This document shows positions 9,173 to 20,111 of a stretch of DNA of 64,000 nucleotides, piece after piece. This DNA comes from Candidatus Microgenomates bacterium (GTDB lineage Bacteria > Patescibacteriota > Microgenomatia > UBA8517). A model generated the notes under the pieces. It was not told where the DNA came from. It worked only from the letters and a program-made list of their open reading frames with translations, and did no database searches. The DNA lies in NCBI GenBank assembly GCA_049523135.1, contig JBEKNE010000001.1, positions 455,009-519,008 on the forward strand, in the 5' to 3' direction. The position numbers and the translations under genes were made by a program. Numbering within the stretch: position 1 is the first letter of the stretch; each line of letters starts with the position of its first letter.

Positions 9173-11443
9173 ATGCCCATTCTGCCAAATATTGCTTTCT
9201 TCAAGGATATAGATAAAAACGACACCCCTCTTGTTGGTGGTAAGGGGGCAAATTTGGGTGAAATGACCCGTGCAGGATTTCCTGTTCCTCCAGGTTTTGC
9301 AATTACTGTTCAAGCTTATGATACTTTCCTAAAGGGGAACGGAATAGCTGATAAAATTTATGGTCTTTTGGCCGCTACTGATGTTAATAACCCCGACCAA
9401 TTAGCCGATACGGAGAAAAAAGTTCAAAAGATGATCCTCACAGGCAAATTTCCGGATGAAATAACTCAAGAAATAATTAATTCTTATAAAAAACTCTCGG
9501 GGAGATTTAAAAGTGCTCTTGTGGCAGTTAGAACCTCAGCTACTGCTGAAGATATGCCGGATAATTCCTTTGCCGGAATGGGATGGACTTCTCTTAACAT
9601 TAAAGGCGAAGCGAATGTACTTAATGCTGTTCGTGAATGTTGGGCATCGCTTTTTACAGGCCGTTCAATATATTACCGTGTTATTAATAAAATTCCTCAT
9701 GAAAAAGTCAAAATTTGTGTGATTGTTATGAAGATGGTTGAATCGGATGTTTCCGGAGTGATGTTTTCGATAGATCCTGTAAAAAATGACAAAGATAGAA
9801 TTATTATCGAATCCGTCTGGGGACTTGGGGAAATGATAGTCCAGGGTGAGGTTGTACCAGATACGTATGTCGTACAGAAAGATACTTTTGCGATTCTTTC
9901 AAAAGAAATTTCCGATCAATCTGTTCAGCTTGTCAGAATGAAAAATGGGGAAAATAAACATATCGAAGTCCCAAAAAACATCAGACAAAAACAAAAGATT
10001 ACAGATAAAGAAATAGTTGAACTTGCCCACCTTGCGGATAAACTGCAGAAACATTATTACTTTCCGCAGGATGCCGAATGGGCAAAGGAAAAGGGGAAGA
10101 TATATCTTGTTCAGACCAGGCCGGTTACTACAATAGCTGAGACTACAAAAATTGAAAAAGGCGATAAAGGTGAATTTAAAATTGCTACATCACCAATTTT
10201 GACAGGAAGTCCGGCTTCACCCGGAATTGGAACAGGACCCGTCAAAATTCTTAAAAACCCTAAAGAGATTGATAAAATTCAAAAGGGTGATGTACTTGTT
10301 GCTCCGATGACCTCGCCTGACTATGTTCCTGCAATGAAAAAATCGGCTGCGATAATTACCGATGAAGGCGGACAAACCTCACACGCCGCAATAGTTTCCA
10401 GAGAACTCGGAATTCCTTGTGTAGTAGGAACCCAATATGCAACCAAGAAATTAACTGATGGTCAAATTGTAACAGTCAACGGTGAAGCCGGAGAAATATT
10501 CTTGGGTGCCAATATTAAAACTCAGGATTCAAATCTGAAGTCTACCGAAAAACCGAAATTCAGTAAAGTTAAAACTGCTACAAAGGTTTACGTAAATTTA
10601 GCTGAACCGGAGAGGGCTAAAGAAATCGCCAAGTTGAATGTAGACGGTGTTGGACTTCTTAGAGCCGAATTTATGATTGCCAATATCGGGATTCACCCCA
10701 AAGAAGCTATAAGAAGAAAAGAACAGGCTAAATTTATTAAAAAATTGGCAAGTGACCTGGAAATCTTTTGTAAAGCATTTTATCCCAGACCGGTTACTTA
10801 TAGGGCTACGGATTTTAAAACAAATGAATATAGGAGCCTTCCCGGAGGAAAATATTGGGAACCCATTGAACCCAATCCGCTACTTGGTTTTCGGGGTGCC
10901 TTCCGTTATGTCGGAAGTCCAGAAGCTTTTAATCTTGAACTTGAGGCAATTAAAGCTGTTAGGGAAAAATATGATAATTTGCATTTAATGATTCCGTTTG
11001 TCAGGTCTCCTGAGGAACTTGGCAAGGTAAGAAGACTTGTAGCCAGTTCGGGACTTTTTGAAAAACCTACGTTTAAGTTTTTGATGATGTGTGAAATTCC
11101 TGTGAACGTCATTCAAATAGAAGACTTTATTAAAGTCGGAATAGACGGGGTTTCCATCGGAAGTAATGATTTGACTATGTTAATTGAAGGAACCGACCGT
11201 GACAATTCCGAAGTTGCACAGGAATTTAATGAACGGACACCTGCTGTTTTATGGGCACTTAAACGAGTAATAACAAAGTGCGCTGAAGTCGGTGTTACAA
11301 GTTCTATTTGCGGACAGGCTCCCAGCGAGTATGAAGATTTAGTTAAAAAATTGGTAAGATGGGGTATAACCAGTGTTTCAATAAACTCCGATTCTATTGA
11401 TAGAGTCAGAGGTGTTATTGCTGAAGCTGAGAAGGAAATATAA
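9173..11443 (+). CDS. ppsA: phosphoenolpyruvate synthase
   Basis: VGGKGANLGEM, GGQTSHAAIVSRELG, GVGLLRAEF, SIGSNDLT. Confidence 0.96.
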   Translation: MPILPNIAFFKDIDKNDTPLVGGKGANLGEMTRAGFPVPPGFAITVQAYDTFLKGNGIADKIYGLLAATDVNNPDQLADTEKKVQKMILTGKFPDEITQEIINSYKKLSGRFKSALVAVRTSATAEDMPDNSFAGMGWTSLNIKGEANVLNAVRECWASLFTGRSIYYRVINKIPHEKVKICVIVMKMVESDVSGVMFSIDPVKNDKDRIIIESVWGLGEMIVQGEVVPDTYVVQKDTFAILSKEISDQSVQLVRMKNGENKHIEVPKNIRQKQKITDKEIVELAHLADKLQKHYYFPQDAEWAKEKGKIYLVQTRPVTTIAETTKIEKGDKGEFKIATSPILTGSPASPGIGTGPVKILKNPKEIDKIQKGDVLVAPMTSPDYVPAMKKSAAIITDEGGQTSHAAIVSRELGIPCVVGTQYATKKLTDGQIVTVNGEAGEIFLGANIKTQDSNLKSTEKPKFSKVKTATKVYVNLAEPERAKEIAKLNVDGVGLLRAEFMIANIGIHPKEAIRRKEQAKFIKKLASDLEIFCKAFYPRPVTYRATDFKTNEYRSLPGGKYWEPIEPNPLLGFRGAFRYVGSPEAFNLELEAIKAVREKYDNLHLMIPFVRSPEELGKVRRLVASSGLFEKPTFKFLMMCEIPVNVIQIEDFIKVGIDGVSIGSNDLTMLIEGTDRDNSEVAQEFNERTPAVLWALKRVITKCAEVGVTSSICGQAPSEYEDLVKKLVRWGITSVSINSDSIDRVRGVIAEAEKEI

Positions 11444-11448
11444 AACAT

Positions 11449-12720
11449 ATGAGTAAGATTAAAAAAATTTGGGCTCGTGAAATACTTGATTCAAGGGCTA
11501 TTCCAACCGTTGAAACTGCCTGCATGCTTGATAACGGACAAGTCGCAGTTTCATCTGTTCCCGCGGGCACGTCAACAGGAACACATGAAGCGCTGGAGCT
11601 TAGGGATGAAAATAATCCCAGATATCTCGGGTTTGGGGTTTTGCAAGCCGTGAACAATGTTAATTCTTTTCTTGGACCTGCCGTTACCGGAATGGATCCG
11701 GCCAATCAATCTGAAATTGACAAAAAATTGATTGAAATGGACGGAACGGAAAATAAATCAAAGTATGGAGCCAATGCTATTCTTTCAATTTCCGAAGTTG
11801 TCGTAAAAGCCGGTGCAATAGCCGCAAAACAATCACTTTACGGTTGGATTTTTTCAATGGCTTCAAGAGCCGGAATTACTCAGACAGTCAAAGTTCCAAC
11901 TCCTCTTTTTAATATGATTAACGGAGGCAAACATGGTGCGGGGAATCTTGATTTTCAGGAATTTTGGGTAATACCCGGGTCTTCAAAGAAATATTCCGAA
12001 AGTTTGCAGATGGGTGTTGAAATTTATCTGACTATCGGTAGAAATTTGGCACACCGCGGGGCTATTCATTCCGTAGGAGACGAAGGCGGATATGCACCGA
12101 ATTTATTTACCAATGCGGATGCACTGGAGGTCTTTGTTGAATCCATCCGCCAGACCAAATATTCCCTAGGACGGGATGTATTTTTGGGATTGGATGTTGC
12201 GGCAAACAGTTTTTATAAAAACGGAGAGTATTTAATAAAAGACCGTTCCTCAACTTTAAGTGATTCCCAGCTTTTGGATTTTTACAAAGCTCTTTGTGAT
12301 CAATATAAACTTGCAATTTTGGAAGATCCCTTTCAGGAAGATGCGTGGAGCAGCTGGGCCAGTCTTACCAGTGAACTTTCTCAAAGTGTGGTTATTGTCG
12401 GAGATGATCTTTTGGCAACAAATCCGAACCGTGTAGAAAAAGCAATTAAAGAAAAATCCTGCAACGCAATCCTTATTAAGCCAAACCAAATAGGAACAAT
12501 ATCGGAAACCCTTAATGTAATAAAAATGGCAAGAGACGCAAAATGGACTGTTATTGTTTCCCACAGATCCGGTGAAACAAACGACAGCTTCATTGCGGAT
12601 TTCGGCGTGGGAGTTGCGGCTGATTATGTAAAATTCGGTGCTCCGGCCCGCGGTGAACGTGTTGCCAAATACAACAGGCTTTCTACAATAGAAACGGAAT
12701 TATCTAGGATTAACAAATGA
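11449..12720 (+). CDS. eno: enolase
   Basis: REILDSR, GDEGG, VGDDL, SHRSGET, RGERVAKYN. Confidence 0.98.
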   Translation: MSKIKKIWAREILDSRAIPTVETACMLDNGQVAVSSVPAGTSTGTHEALELRDENNPRYLGFGVLQAVNNVNSFLGPAVTGMDPANQSEIDKKLIEMDGTENKSKYGANAILSISEVVVKAGAIAAKQSLYGWIFSMASRAGITQTVKVPTPLFNMINGGKHGAGNLDFQEFWVIPGSSKKYSESLQMGVEIYLTIGRNLAHRGAIHSVGDEGGYAPNLFTNADALEVFVESIRQTKYSLGRDVFLGLDVAANSFYKNGEYLIKDRSSTLSDSQLLDFYKALCDQYKLAILEDPFQEDAWSSWASLTSELSQSVVIVGDDLLATNPNRVEKAIKEKSCNAILIKPNQIGTISETLNVIKMARDAKWTVIVSHRSGETNDSFIADFGVGVAADYVKFGAPARGERVAKYNRLSTIETELSRINK

Positions 12721-14384
12721 ACGAAGAACCTTCAAAACTCGTGATACTGGTTGTAATGGACGGTTGGGGAATAGCGGCTCCGGGGCCGGGAAATCCAATA
12801 TCGCAAGCAAATATACCGAATATGAATAAATTCATGGCCTCATATCCCCACACTCAATTGCAGGCTTCTGGAGAAGCTGTGGGTCTGCCCAGAGGTGAGG
12901 TTGGAAATACCGAAACGGGGCATCTTAATATCGGTGCTGGCAGAATTGTCTATCAGGATTTGCAAAGAATAAATATGAGTATTGCTGAAGGCAGTTTTTA
13001 TGAAAACCCGGTACTTATCGGAGCAATAGATCATGCCCGCTCATTTAACAGTAATCTTCACTTAATTGGGCTTATCGGTGCCGGAGGAGTTCACAGCAAT
13101 ATTGAGCATCTTTTTGCTCTTATCGAACTTGTTAAAAGACATGAATTTAACAGAGTTTATTTGCATCTTTTTACGGACGGGCGCGATTCGCCTCCTACTG
13201 CCGCAAAAATTTATATTTCAGAACTTCGTAAGGTTATGGCAAGAGAAGGTGTTGGTCAAATTGCTTCAATAATGGGCAGATATTGGGCGATGGATAGGGA
13301 TAGACGTTGGGACAGAACCGCAAAAGCATATTTTGCATTGACTAAAGGCGAAGGTCGGCTGGTTAAAACACCCGAGGAAGGAATTGATGCGTCTTATGCT
13401 GAAGCGAAAACTGACGAGTTTATAGAGCCTTGCATAATCACGGCTCCTGACGGAAAACCGCTCGCACTGATTAAAGAAAATGATTCCGTAATCTTTTTTA
13501 ATTTTAGAATAGACAGACCAAGACAACTGACAAGTGCTTTTGTTTTTGAAGATTTTAGCAAGGCAAATCAAACTGTTGGTTTTGATCCATATCTGGTTAA
13601 ATATCAAAAATCCCATTTGGCTACTCAGCCAACTCAAGTTACGGAACCCTTCGCAAGGGGTCCAAGAATTAATAATCTGTATTTTGCCACAATGACTGAA
13701 TATGGAAAAGCTATTGTTGAATCCGGTGCAAAAGTCGCTTACCCTCCTGAAATTGTTAAATTACCCTTAGGTCTGGTAATTTCAGAAGCCGGATATAAGC
13801 AGTTGAGAGCGGCAGAAAGTGAAAAGGAAAGATTTGTAACTTTCTATTTTAACGGTCAGCAGGAAGCTGCGTTTGAAGGGGAAGACCGACTGATAGTTCC
13901 TTCTCCGAAAGTTGCAACTTATGATTTGAAACCCGAGATGAGTGCAAGAGAACTAACCGAGGGAGTCTTGCAGAAGCTTAAAGAATCTCCGGATTACAAA
14001 TTTGTTTTAATTAATTTTGCAAACCCTGACATGGTCGGCCACACCGGAAATATCGGAGCGGCCGTTAAAGCATGTCAAGTCGTTGACGAGTGTTTAGGCA
14101 AACTTAGCGATTGGGTTCTTGCTTATGGCGGCTATATGATTGTAACTGCAGATCACGGAAATGTTGAGGAAATGATTGACCAAAAGACGGGAGCAATCGA
14201 AACGGAACACAGCAGTAACCCCGTACCTTTTATCGTGGTTTCTCAAAAACTTATGGGAAACCCCGTTACCCTGATGACAGGAATTTTGGCGGATATCGCA
14301 CCAACTGTTTTAAAACTGATGGATTTGGAGGTTCCTTCCACAATGACCGGCCATAATTTATTGGATTCACAATTTAAGCTTTAA
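12717..14384 (+). CDS. gpmI: 2,3-BPG-independent phosphoglycerate mutase
   Basis: MDGWG, GNTETGH, DGRDS, NPDMVGHTG, TADHGN. Confidence 0.97.
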   Translation: MNEEPSKLVILVVMDGWGIAAPGPGNPISQANIPNMNKFMASYPHTQLQASGEAVGLPRGEVGNTETGHLNIGAGRIVYQDLQRINMSIAEGSFYENPVLIGAIDHARSFNSNLHLIGLIGAGGVHSNIEHLFALIELVKRHEFNRVYLHLFTDGRDSPPTAAKIYISELRKVMAREGVGQIASIMGRYWAMDRDRRWDRTAKAYFALTKGEGRLVKTPEEGIDASYAEAKTDEFIEPCIITAPDGKPLALIKENDSVIFFNFRIDRPRQLTSAFVFEDFSKANQTVGFDPYLVKYQKSHLATQPTQVTEPFARGPRINNLYFATMTEYGKAIVESGAKVAYPPEIVKLPLGLVISEAGYKQLRAAESEKERFVTFYFNGQQEAAFEGEDRLIVPSPKVATYDLKPEMSARELTEGVLQKLKESPDYKFVLINFANPDMVGHTGNIGAAVKACQVVDECLGKLSDWVLAYGGYMIVTADHGNVEEMIDQKTGAIETEHSSNPVPFIVVSQKLMGNPVTLMTGILADIAPTVLKLMDLEVPSTMTGHNLLDSQFKL

Positions 14385-14402
14385 TCGGTATACTTTAAAA
14401 AT

Positions 14403-15029
14403 ATGTCTCATCTTTCTCAAAGTATTGCTATATTTCTAACTACATTTATTTCATCCTACGGCTATTTGGCTATTTTTGTTTTTATGACGGCAGAAAGTGC
14501 CTTGATTCCAATTCCCTCGGAAGTGACAATGACTTTTGCCGGTTTTCTTTGCGGAATAGGCATAATAAATATTTGGATTGCAATTCTTATCGGAACATTG
14601 GGAAATTTAACCGGCTCGCTTTTGTCCTTTTGGTTGGGGAGAGCCATGGGGGAGGAGTGGATAAGAATTGCGATTAAAAAATGGGGAAAGTTTCTACTGA
14701 TGCATGAAAAGGATTTTGACAGAGCGATACAATGGTTTGATAAGTACGATCAAGGAATTACTTTCGCCAGCCGACTTCTGCCGATTGTTCGCACATTTAT
14801 TTCGCTTCCTGCCGGGATTTCAGATATGAGTGTTAAAAAATTTGCAATATTTACCTTTTTAGGCTCGTTTTTATGGACGACCGCATTGGCATTTATTGGA
14901 CTTAAGCTCGGTCAAAACTGGAATGCGGTGGAACCCTTCTTTAGAAAATTCCAGTTTGTAATAATCGGTTTTGTAATTCTGGCTGTATTTATCTACATTT
15001 ACAAACACGTTAAAAGAGGAAAAGATTAA
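14403..15029 (+). CDS. DedA family membrane protein
   Basis: ESALIPIPSE, RLLPIVRTFISLPAG. Confidence 0.93.
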   Translation: MSHLSQSIAIFLTTFISSYGYLAIFVFMTAESALIPIPSEVTMTFAGFLCGIGIINIWIAILIGTLGNLTGSLLSFWLGRAMGEEWIRIAIKKWGKFLLMHEKDFDRAIQWFDKYDQGITFASRLLPIVRTFISLPAGISDMSVKKFAIFTFLGSFLWTTALAFIGLKLGQNWNAVEPFFRKFQFVIIGFVILAVFIYIYKHVKRGKD

Positions 15030-15656
15030 CTAGTTTTTTCCGTATCTTCGGATGAGGCCGACAACTCTTCCCTGAATTTTTACATTTTTAACAAAAATCG
15101 GCTGCATTGCTGCATTTGCGGGCTGAAGACGGATTCGTGTGGCTTCTTTAAAAAATCTTTTAAGAGTGGCCATGCCGTTATCAAGAAGCGCCACAACAAC
15201 TTCCCCGTTATTTGCATTTTCTGTTTGTTCAACAATTACATTATCTCCGTCCATTATTCCGTCTTCGATCATACTTTCACCACGGACCTGGAGAATATAA
15301 GTTCTTTTACTGCCGCTGGCAAACGTCGCGGGAATATTCATTGAGGCATTTGGATCTGTGTAGGGTTCAATTGGTGCCCCTGCCGCAATGAAACCCAAAA
15401 TCGGAGCGTCAAAACCCTCTGGCTGTCCTAGATTAACGTCCGATTCGACCAGTTCTATTGACCTGACTTTGCCTGATTTTTTCTTAATAAGCCCTTTCGC
15501 TTCAAGAGATTGAAGGTGTTCATGAACAGTGGCCAAAGAGGATACTCCAATTGCGTCAGCTATTTGCTTAAGAGTCGGAGCTGTGCCGTTTGACTGGATA
15601 AATTGTTTAATAAATCCAAGTATTTGTTTTTGCCTTTTGTAGACGATCAGAGCCAT
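15030..15656 (-). CDS. lexA: SOS repressor LexA
   Basis: N-terminal wHTH, IAAG cleavage site, GESM (Ser), ATLK (Lys). Confidence 0.96.
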   Translation of the reverse strand: MALIVYKRQKQILGFIKQFIQSNGTAPTLKQIADAIGVSSLATVHEHLQSLEAKGLIKKKSGKVRSIELVESDVNLGQPEGFDAPILGFIAAGAPIEPYTDPNASMNIPATFASGSKRTYILQVRGESMIEDGIMDGDNVIVEQTENANNGEVVVALLDNGMATLKRFFKEATRIRLQPANAAMQPIFVKNVKIQGRVVGLIRRYGKN

Positions 15657-15667
15657 ATCTTTTTATA

Positions 15668-15727
15668 CAAATAATACCCGAAGTCGTCAACTGGAACTTT
15701 TCATATCAAACCCAAACATATAGCGAA
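15668..15727. promoter_or_regulatory. two putative LexA boxes (CAAA-N7-CGAA)
   Basis: CAAAtaataccCGAA (15668) and CAAAcatatagCGAA (15713) upstream of lexA. The same motif occurs upstream of the dinB operon. Confidence 0.6.
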
Positions 15728-15729
15728 CT

Positions 15730-16011
15730 TTAGGAGTGGACTTTATCAGTGGTAAGCAATTTATTAACCTGCCTTGCGTATTCTGTAAGAGCTTCCTGAT
15801 CATGAACGGTTGTTGTGCCTATGTATCCACCGTCTTCTTCCGGATCGGTATAATAAGAGAAGACTACACCTTCTACTTTGCGTGCAACGTTTTCACGGAC
15901 TAATGCCTCTTTTCTGGTCATACGGCAAGTAAAGATATTCCCCTCCTCATCTCTTTCTTGTTTTGTAAGAAACGCCCTACCTACCGGTCTTTCTCTATAC
16001 ATAGGGGACAT
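15730..16011 (-). CDS. hypothetical protein
   Basis: ORF of about 93 aa between lexA and uvrB; start uncertain. Confidence 0.55.
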   Translation of the reverse strand: MSPMYRERPVGRAFLTKQERDEEGNIFTCRMTRKEALVRENVARKVEGVVFSYYTDPEEDGGYIGTTTVHDQEALTEYARQVNKLLTTDKVHS

Positions 16012-16049
16012 TATATAACAAAATGCAAATAATGATAAAATTGTCAACA

Positions 16050-19000
16050 ATGGGGCAATTTAAGCTACACTCAAACTTTAAACCAATTCCCGATCAGGCT
16101 CGTGCAATTGAAGAATTGTCTGAGGGAATTACGAGTAGTAAAAAATACCAAACATTATTGGGGGTGACAGGGAGTGGTAAAAGTATAGATTACAATGATT
16201 ATGTTTTAATAAAAACTATTGGCAATGGATTTAAATTCAATTTGGTTGAAATTGGCGACTTCATAGATAAAATATTTGAAAACAATGTACATCTAAGTAC
16301 CCATGATTCCGAAATGGTTTATACAAATTCATTAAAAGATAACTATGAAACCTATACAATAAATCCAATAAGTGGAGAGTTTGAATATAAAAAAATTACT
16401 GCGCTTATTAGACATCAAGCGCCTAAACGACTCTATAAAATAACTACTTCTTGCGGTAGGCAAGTTACTATTACTAAAGATCATAATCTCTGGGTATTAA
16501 GAGATGGCCACCTTACTTTAATTAGAACCCAAGATGTACATAGAGGCGATTTTTTACCGATTCCTAGAAATTTAGGATTTATAGCAAATGGTATGGATGG
16601 TATATGGGTAAATGATTATTTGATTAAAAGAAAAATTTATTTTAGCTTAGATGAGCTAACAAAAAGGATATTTATACCTAAAGATAGATTAGTCAGTATT
16701 TTGGGAAATAAATATAATGGTGCAATTACAAGGCATGAAAGGGTTAATATATCTTTTCTGAAAGATCTTATTGGATATGAAAATTTGCATTTAATTAAAG
16801 ATTTGGTAATAAGTCCAAGAATCGGAAATAAAACAACCTTGTATATACCTTTAACTAACAGTTACTTAAATCTTTTAGGAATCTATCTGGCTGAAGGATG
16901 TGTTGCAAATAATTATCTTTTATTAAGTATCCACGAGTCTGAAGCAAAAAGAATACTATTTAGAACATTTAAGAATTTAAATTTACGTTATCACGAGAGA
17001 AAAAATCGTAAAGGTGATTTTCAAATAGATAATTTAATTCTTGCAAAAATATTCAAAGTTTTATGTGGAAATGGTTCAGTAAATAAGCATCTTCCTCCTT
17101 GGTTTTTTAACTTAAGTAAAGATCAAATGGTAAGAATCATTTCTGCCTATTTTGATGGAGATGGATATGTGAGTCGGAATGAAGTAAGTACAACTACTAA
17201 AAGCAAGAAATTAGCATCAGAGCTTATGTATACTTTAAGTATTTTTGATATTGTTGCCAGGTGTAGAAAGGTATTCAAAAGGGCCACAAACAGCAATATG
17301 AAGAAACAATTATATTATGAAGTGGTTATATCGGGTCAAGGGAATATAGATAAATTTAGAGAACATATAGGATTTAATTTAAAGAGAAAAAAGCATTTGC
17401 TTTTAGGTACTTTTAGGGTCAATGAAAATACAAATGTCGATTTGATACCAATAAAGCCATCCGAGTTTATAAATCTTCGCAAAAACGCAAATATTTCTCA
17501 GGAAAAATTAGCTAATCTATCTAGTTGTTCGAGAAGCTTTGTGTCAATGATAGAAAGTGGAAAAAGATTACCTTCGCAAGAAGTCTGCAAATCTATATTA
17601 GATGTTTTTAAAAATATTTTAGAAAATGAAACCGACTTTAAAATATTAGATAAATATTATTCACTTTTAAAAGCCTTTTGGACACCCATAAAGAACATAA
17701 GTTATGTAAGACCATCTACTCCTTTCATTTACGATTTTTCAGTTGATAAAAATGAAACTTTCTTAGCAGGTTTTGGTGGAATTTTTGTGCATAATACTTT
17801 TACAATGGCTGGAGTTATTGAAAAAGTCCAGCGTCCGACATTAATTATTTCCCACAATAAAACTCTGGCCGCCCAGCTTTATCAGGAGCTTAGGGATTTT
17901 TTCCCAAATAATGCGGTTTCTTACTTTGTTTCCTATTATGATTACTACCAGCCGGAGGCTTACATTCCTTCAACCGATACATATATCGAAAAAGACGCGG
18001 ATATTAATGAAACCATTGATAAACTCCGTCTTGCGGCAACCACAAATCTCTTAACGCGATGCGATACAATTGTCGTTGCTTCGGTTTCCTGCATATATAA
18101 CATAGGTTCTCCCCGAGAATACGGACATTTTGTCTTGGAGTTTACGGAAGGAATGAAGATAAATCGTGAACAAATAATTGATCGAATAGTGGACTTGCAA
18201 TATGAGCGAAGCGATTTCGGATTTAATAGGGGTACTTTCAGGGTTCGGGGTAATGCTATTGATATTTATCCTGCCTATCTTGATCAGGGAGTCCATGTAG
18301 AATTCGGTGAGGATAAAATTGAAAAAATTGAGTTAATAAATCCCGTTACGGGAAATAGCGTTCCGAAAAAAGAAGGTTTTGACCCGACGAACTTCATACT
18401 TTATCCCGCCAAACATTTTATGACTAATCCGACAACCTACGATGACGCTTTCGATGCAATCAAAAAGGATTTGGAAAGCCGTGTTTCTCAACTTAAAAAA
18501 GAAGGAAAAGATTTGGAAGCTCATAGGATTGCCCAAAAAGTTACTTACGACATGGAAATGATCAAAGAAGTGGGGTATGTCAAAGGAATTGAAAATTATT
18601 CCAGATATTTTGACGGTCGTTCCCCCGGGGACGCACCCTTTTCGCTTCTGGATTATTTTAACGAGCCCTACAAAGACAAATGGCTTCTCCTTGTCGATGA
18701 ATCTCACATGACTTTTCCGCAAATAAGGGGAATGTTTAATGGCGACTTGTCCAGAAAACAAACGTTAATCGATTACGGTTTCAGACTTCCTTCGGCACTT
18801 GATAACAGGCCTTTGAGATTTGAGGAATTTATGAGAAGAGTTCCTAATTTTATTGCGTCTTCCGCAACACCCAATGAATGGGAAATAAGCATGAGCGGAG
18901 GCAAAGTTGCGGAGCTTTTGGTCAGGCCCACGGGGATTCCCGATCCGGAAGTTGAAATTAGACCTATTAAAAATCAGGTAGCCGATGTTATAGAGGAGAT

Positions 19001-19688
19001 CAAAAAAACCACGGCCAAACACCAGAGGACTCTGGTCACAACCATGACCAAACGTACTGCCGAAGACCTTTCCGCCTATTTGAATGAGCAGGGTCTGAAA
19101 GTTCAATATTTACACTCAGATATAGCCACGCTCGATAGAACCGATATTCTGGATGATCTCAGGAACGGCAAATACGATGTTTTGGTTGGAATTAATCTTC
19201 TTAGGGAAGGCTTGGACCTTCCCGAGGTTAGCCTCGTAGCCATACTAGATGCCGATAAAGAGGGTTTCCTCCGAAGTGACGTAACCCTTGTCCAGACGAT
19301 GGGTAGGGCCGCCAGACACGTTGAGGGGCGTGTAATTATGTATGCCGATAAGATAACCGGCTCGATGGAGAGAGCTCTTTCCGAGGTCAAGAGACGTCGT
19401 GCCTATCAGTTAGAATATAACAAAAATCACAACATTACGCCCGTTAGCATAAGTAAGCCTATCCGCGAGAAACTTATTGAGCATGAAACGGACAAACGTG
19501 CCCCTTGGGTTTTTGGCAGTAAAGAGCCTGTTTACGAAAGCCTTCCGCATCTTGAAATTGATTCAATGACTCCGATGGAGAAAAAGAGGTTGGTTAAAAA
19601 TTTGACCACCGAAATGCGCCTTGCCGCACAGGATCTCAATTTCGAGCTTGCGGCGGAGATAAGGGACAAAATTAAGGAGATTATTTAA
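16050..19688 (+). CDS. uvrB: excinuclease ABC subunit B, intein-containing
   Basis: LGVTGSGK|intein|TFTMA, YYDYYQPEAY, DESH, GINLLREGLDLPEV, C-terminal UVR domain. Confidence 0.97.
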   Translation: MGQFKLHSNFKPIPDQARAIEELSEGITSSKKYQTLLGVTGSGKSIDYNDYVLIKTIGNGFKFNLVEIGDFIDKIFENNVHLSTHDSEMVYTNSLKDNYETYTINPISGEFEYKKITALIRHQAPKRLYKITTSCGRQVTITKDHNLWVLRDGHLTLIRTQDVHRGDFLPIPRNLGFIANGMDGIWVNDYLIKRKIYFSLDELTKRIFIPKDRLVSILGNKYNGAITRHERVNISFLKDLIGYENLHLIKDLVISPRIGNKTTLYIPLTNSYLNLLGIYLAEGCVANNYLLLSIHESEAKRILFRTFKNLNLRYHERKNRKGDFQIDNLILAKIFKVLCGNGSVNKHLPPWFFNLSKDQMVRIISAYFDGDGYVSRNEVSTTTKSKKLASELMYTLSIFDIVARCRKVFKRATNSNMKKQLYYEVVISGQGNIDKFREHIGFNLKRKKHLLLGTFRVNENTNVDLIPIKPSEFINLRKNANISQEKLANLSSCSRSFVSMIESGKRLPSQEVCKSILDVFKNILENETDFKILDKYYSLLKAFWTPIKNISYVRPSTPFIYDFSVDKNETFLAGFGGIFVHNTFTMAGVIEKVQRPTLIISHNKTLAAQLYQELRDFFPNNAVSYFVSYYDYYQPEAYIPSTDTYIEKDADINETIDKLRLAATTNLLTRCDTIVVASVSCIYNIGSPREYGHFVLEFTEGMKINREQIIDRIVDLQYERSDFGFNRGTFRVRGNAIDIYPAYLDQGVHVEFGEDKIEKIELINPVTGNSVPKKEGFDPTNFILYPAKHFMTNPTTYDDAFDAIKKDLESRVSQLKKEGKDLEAHRIAQKVTYDMEMIKEVGYVKGIENYSRYFDGRSPGDAPFSLLDYFNEPYKDKWLLLVDESHMTFPQIRGMFNGDLSRKQTLIDYGFRLPSALDNRPLRFEEFMRRVPNFIASSATPNEWEISMSGGKVAELLVRPTGIPDPEVEIRPIKNQVADVIEEIKKTTAKHQRTLVTTMTKRTAEDLSAYLNEQGLKVQYLHSDIATLDRTDILDDLRNGKYDVLVGINLLREGLDLPEVSLVAILDADKEGFLRSDVTLVQTMGRAARHVEGRVIMYADKITGSMERALSEVKRRRAYQLEYNKNHNITPVSISKPIREKLIEHETDKRAPWVFGSKEPVYESLPHLEIDSMTPMEKKRLVKNLTTEMRLAAQDLNFELAAEIRDKIKEII
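16182..17795 (+). mobile_element. intein (538 aa) with LAGLIDADG endonuclease and XRE-type HTH
   Basis: Starts SIDY directly after the Walker A Lys. Block B TKDH, LLGIYLAEG and AYFDGDG motifs, HTH SQEKLA..SMIESG. Ends YDFSV..FVHN|T. Very AT-rich. Confidence 0.95.
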
Positions 19689-20111
19689 CCTGTTTTTGCT
19701 GTTGCTTTGCCATCAACCTGCGCCCATCCACACCATCCTCTGGCTGCATATCTTGCTTGGTCATTAGAATCAACTTTTTTACAAGGACGCCTTCTTTAAA
19801 AGAATCGCATCCTTGGAAAAATTTGTAATTTGTGATTCTTCAATAGCCATGTCACCTCCATGTTTGAGACCAAGTTTAGCTGCTTTTATTAATCCATCAT
19901 TTGGAAACATGATGTCTTGTAGTTCGGGTTGAAAATATTTTAATTTTTATGACATAAAATTGATCTCAAATTTACTATATGCGGATATTACATTTTAATT
20001 ATCAGAAAAGCAAATATTATTCTGGCCTGGGTAACAAAATTATAAAGATTCCTCAATAGTAATTTTTAATCCTTTTCTGTTGAGAACATCTGTAAGTGTA
20101 TTCATAAACTC

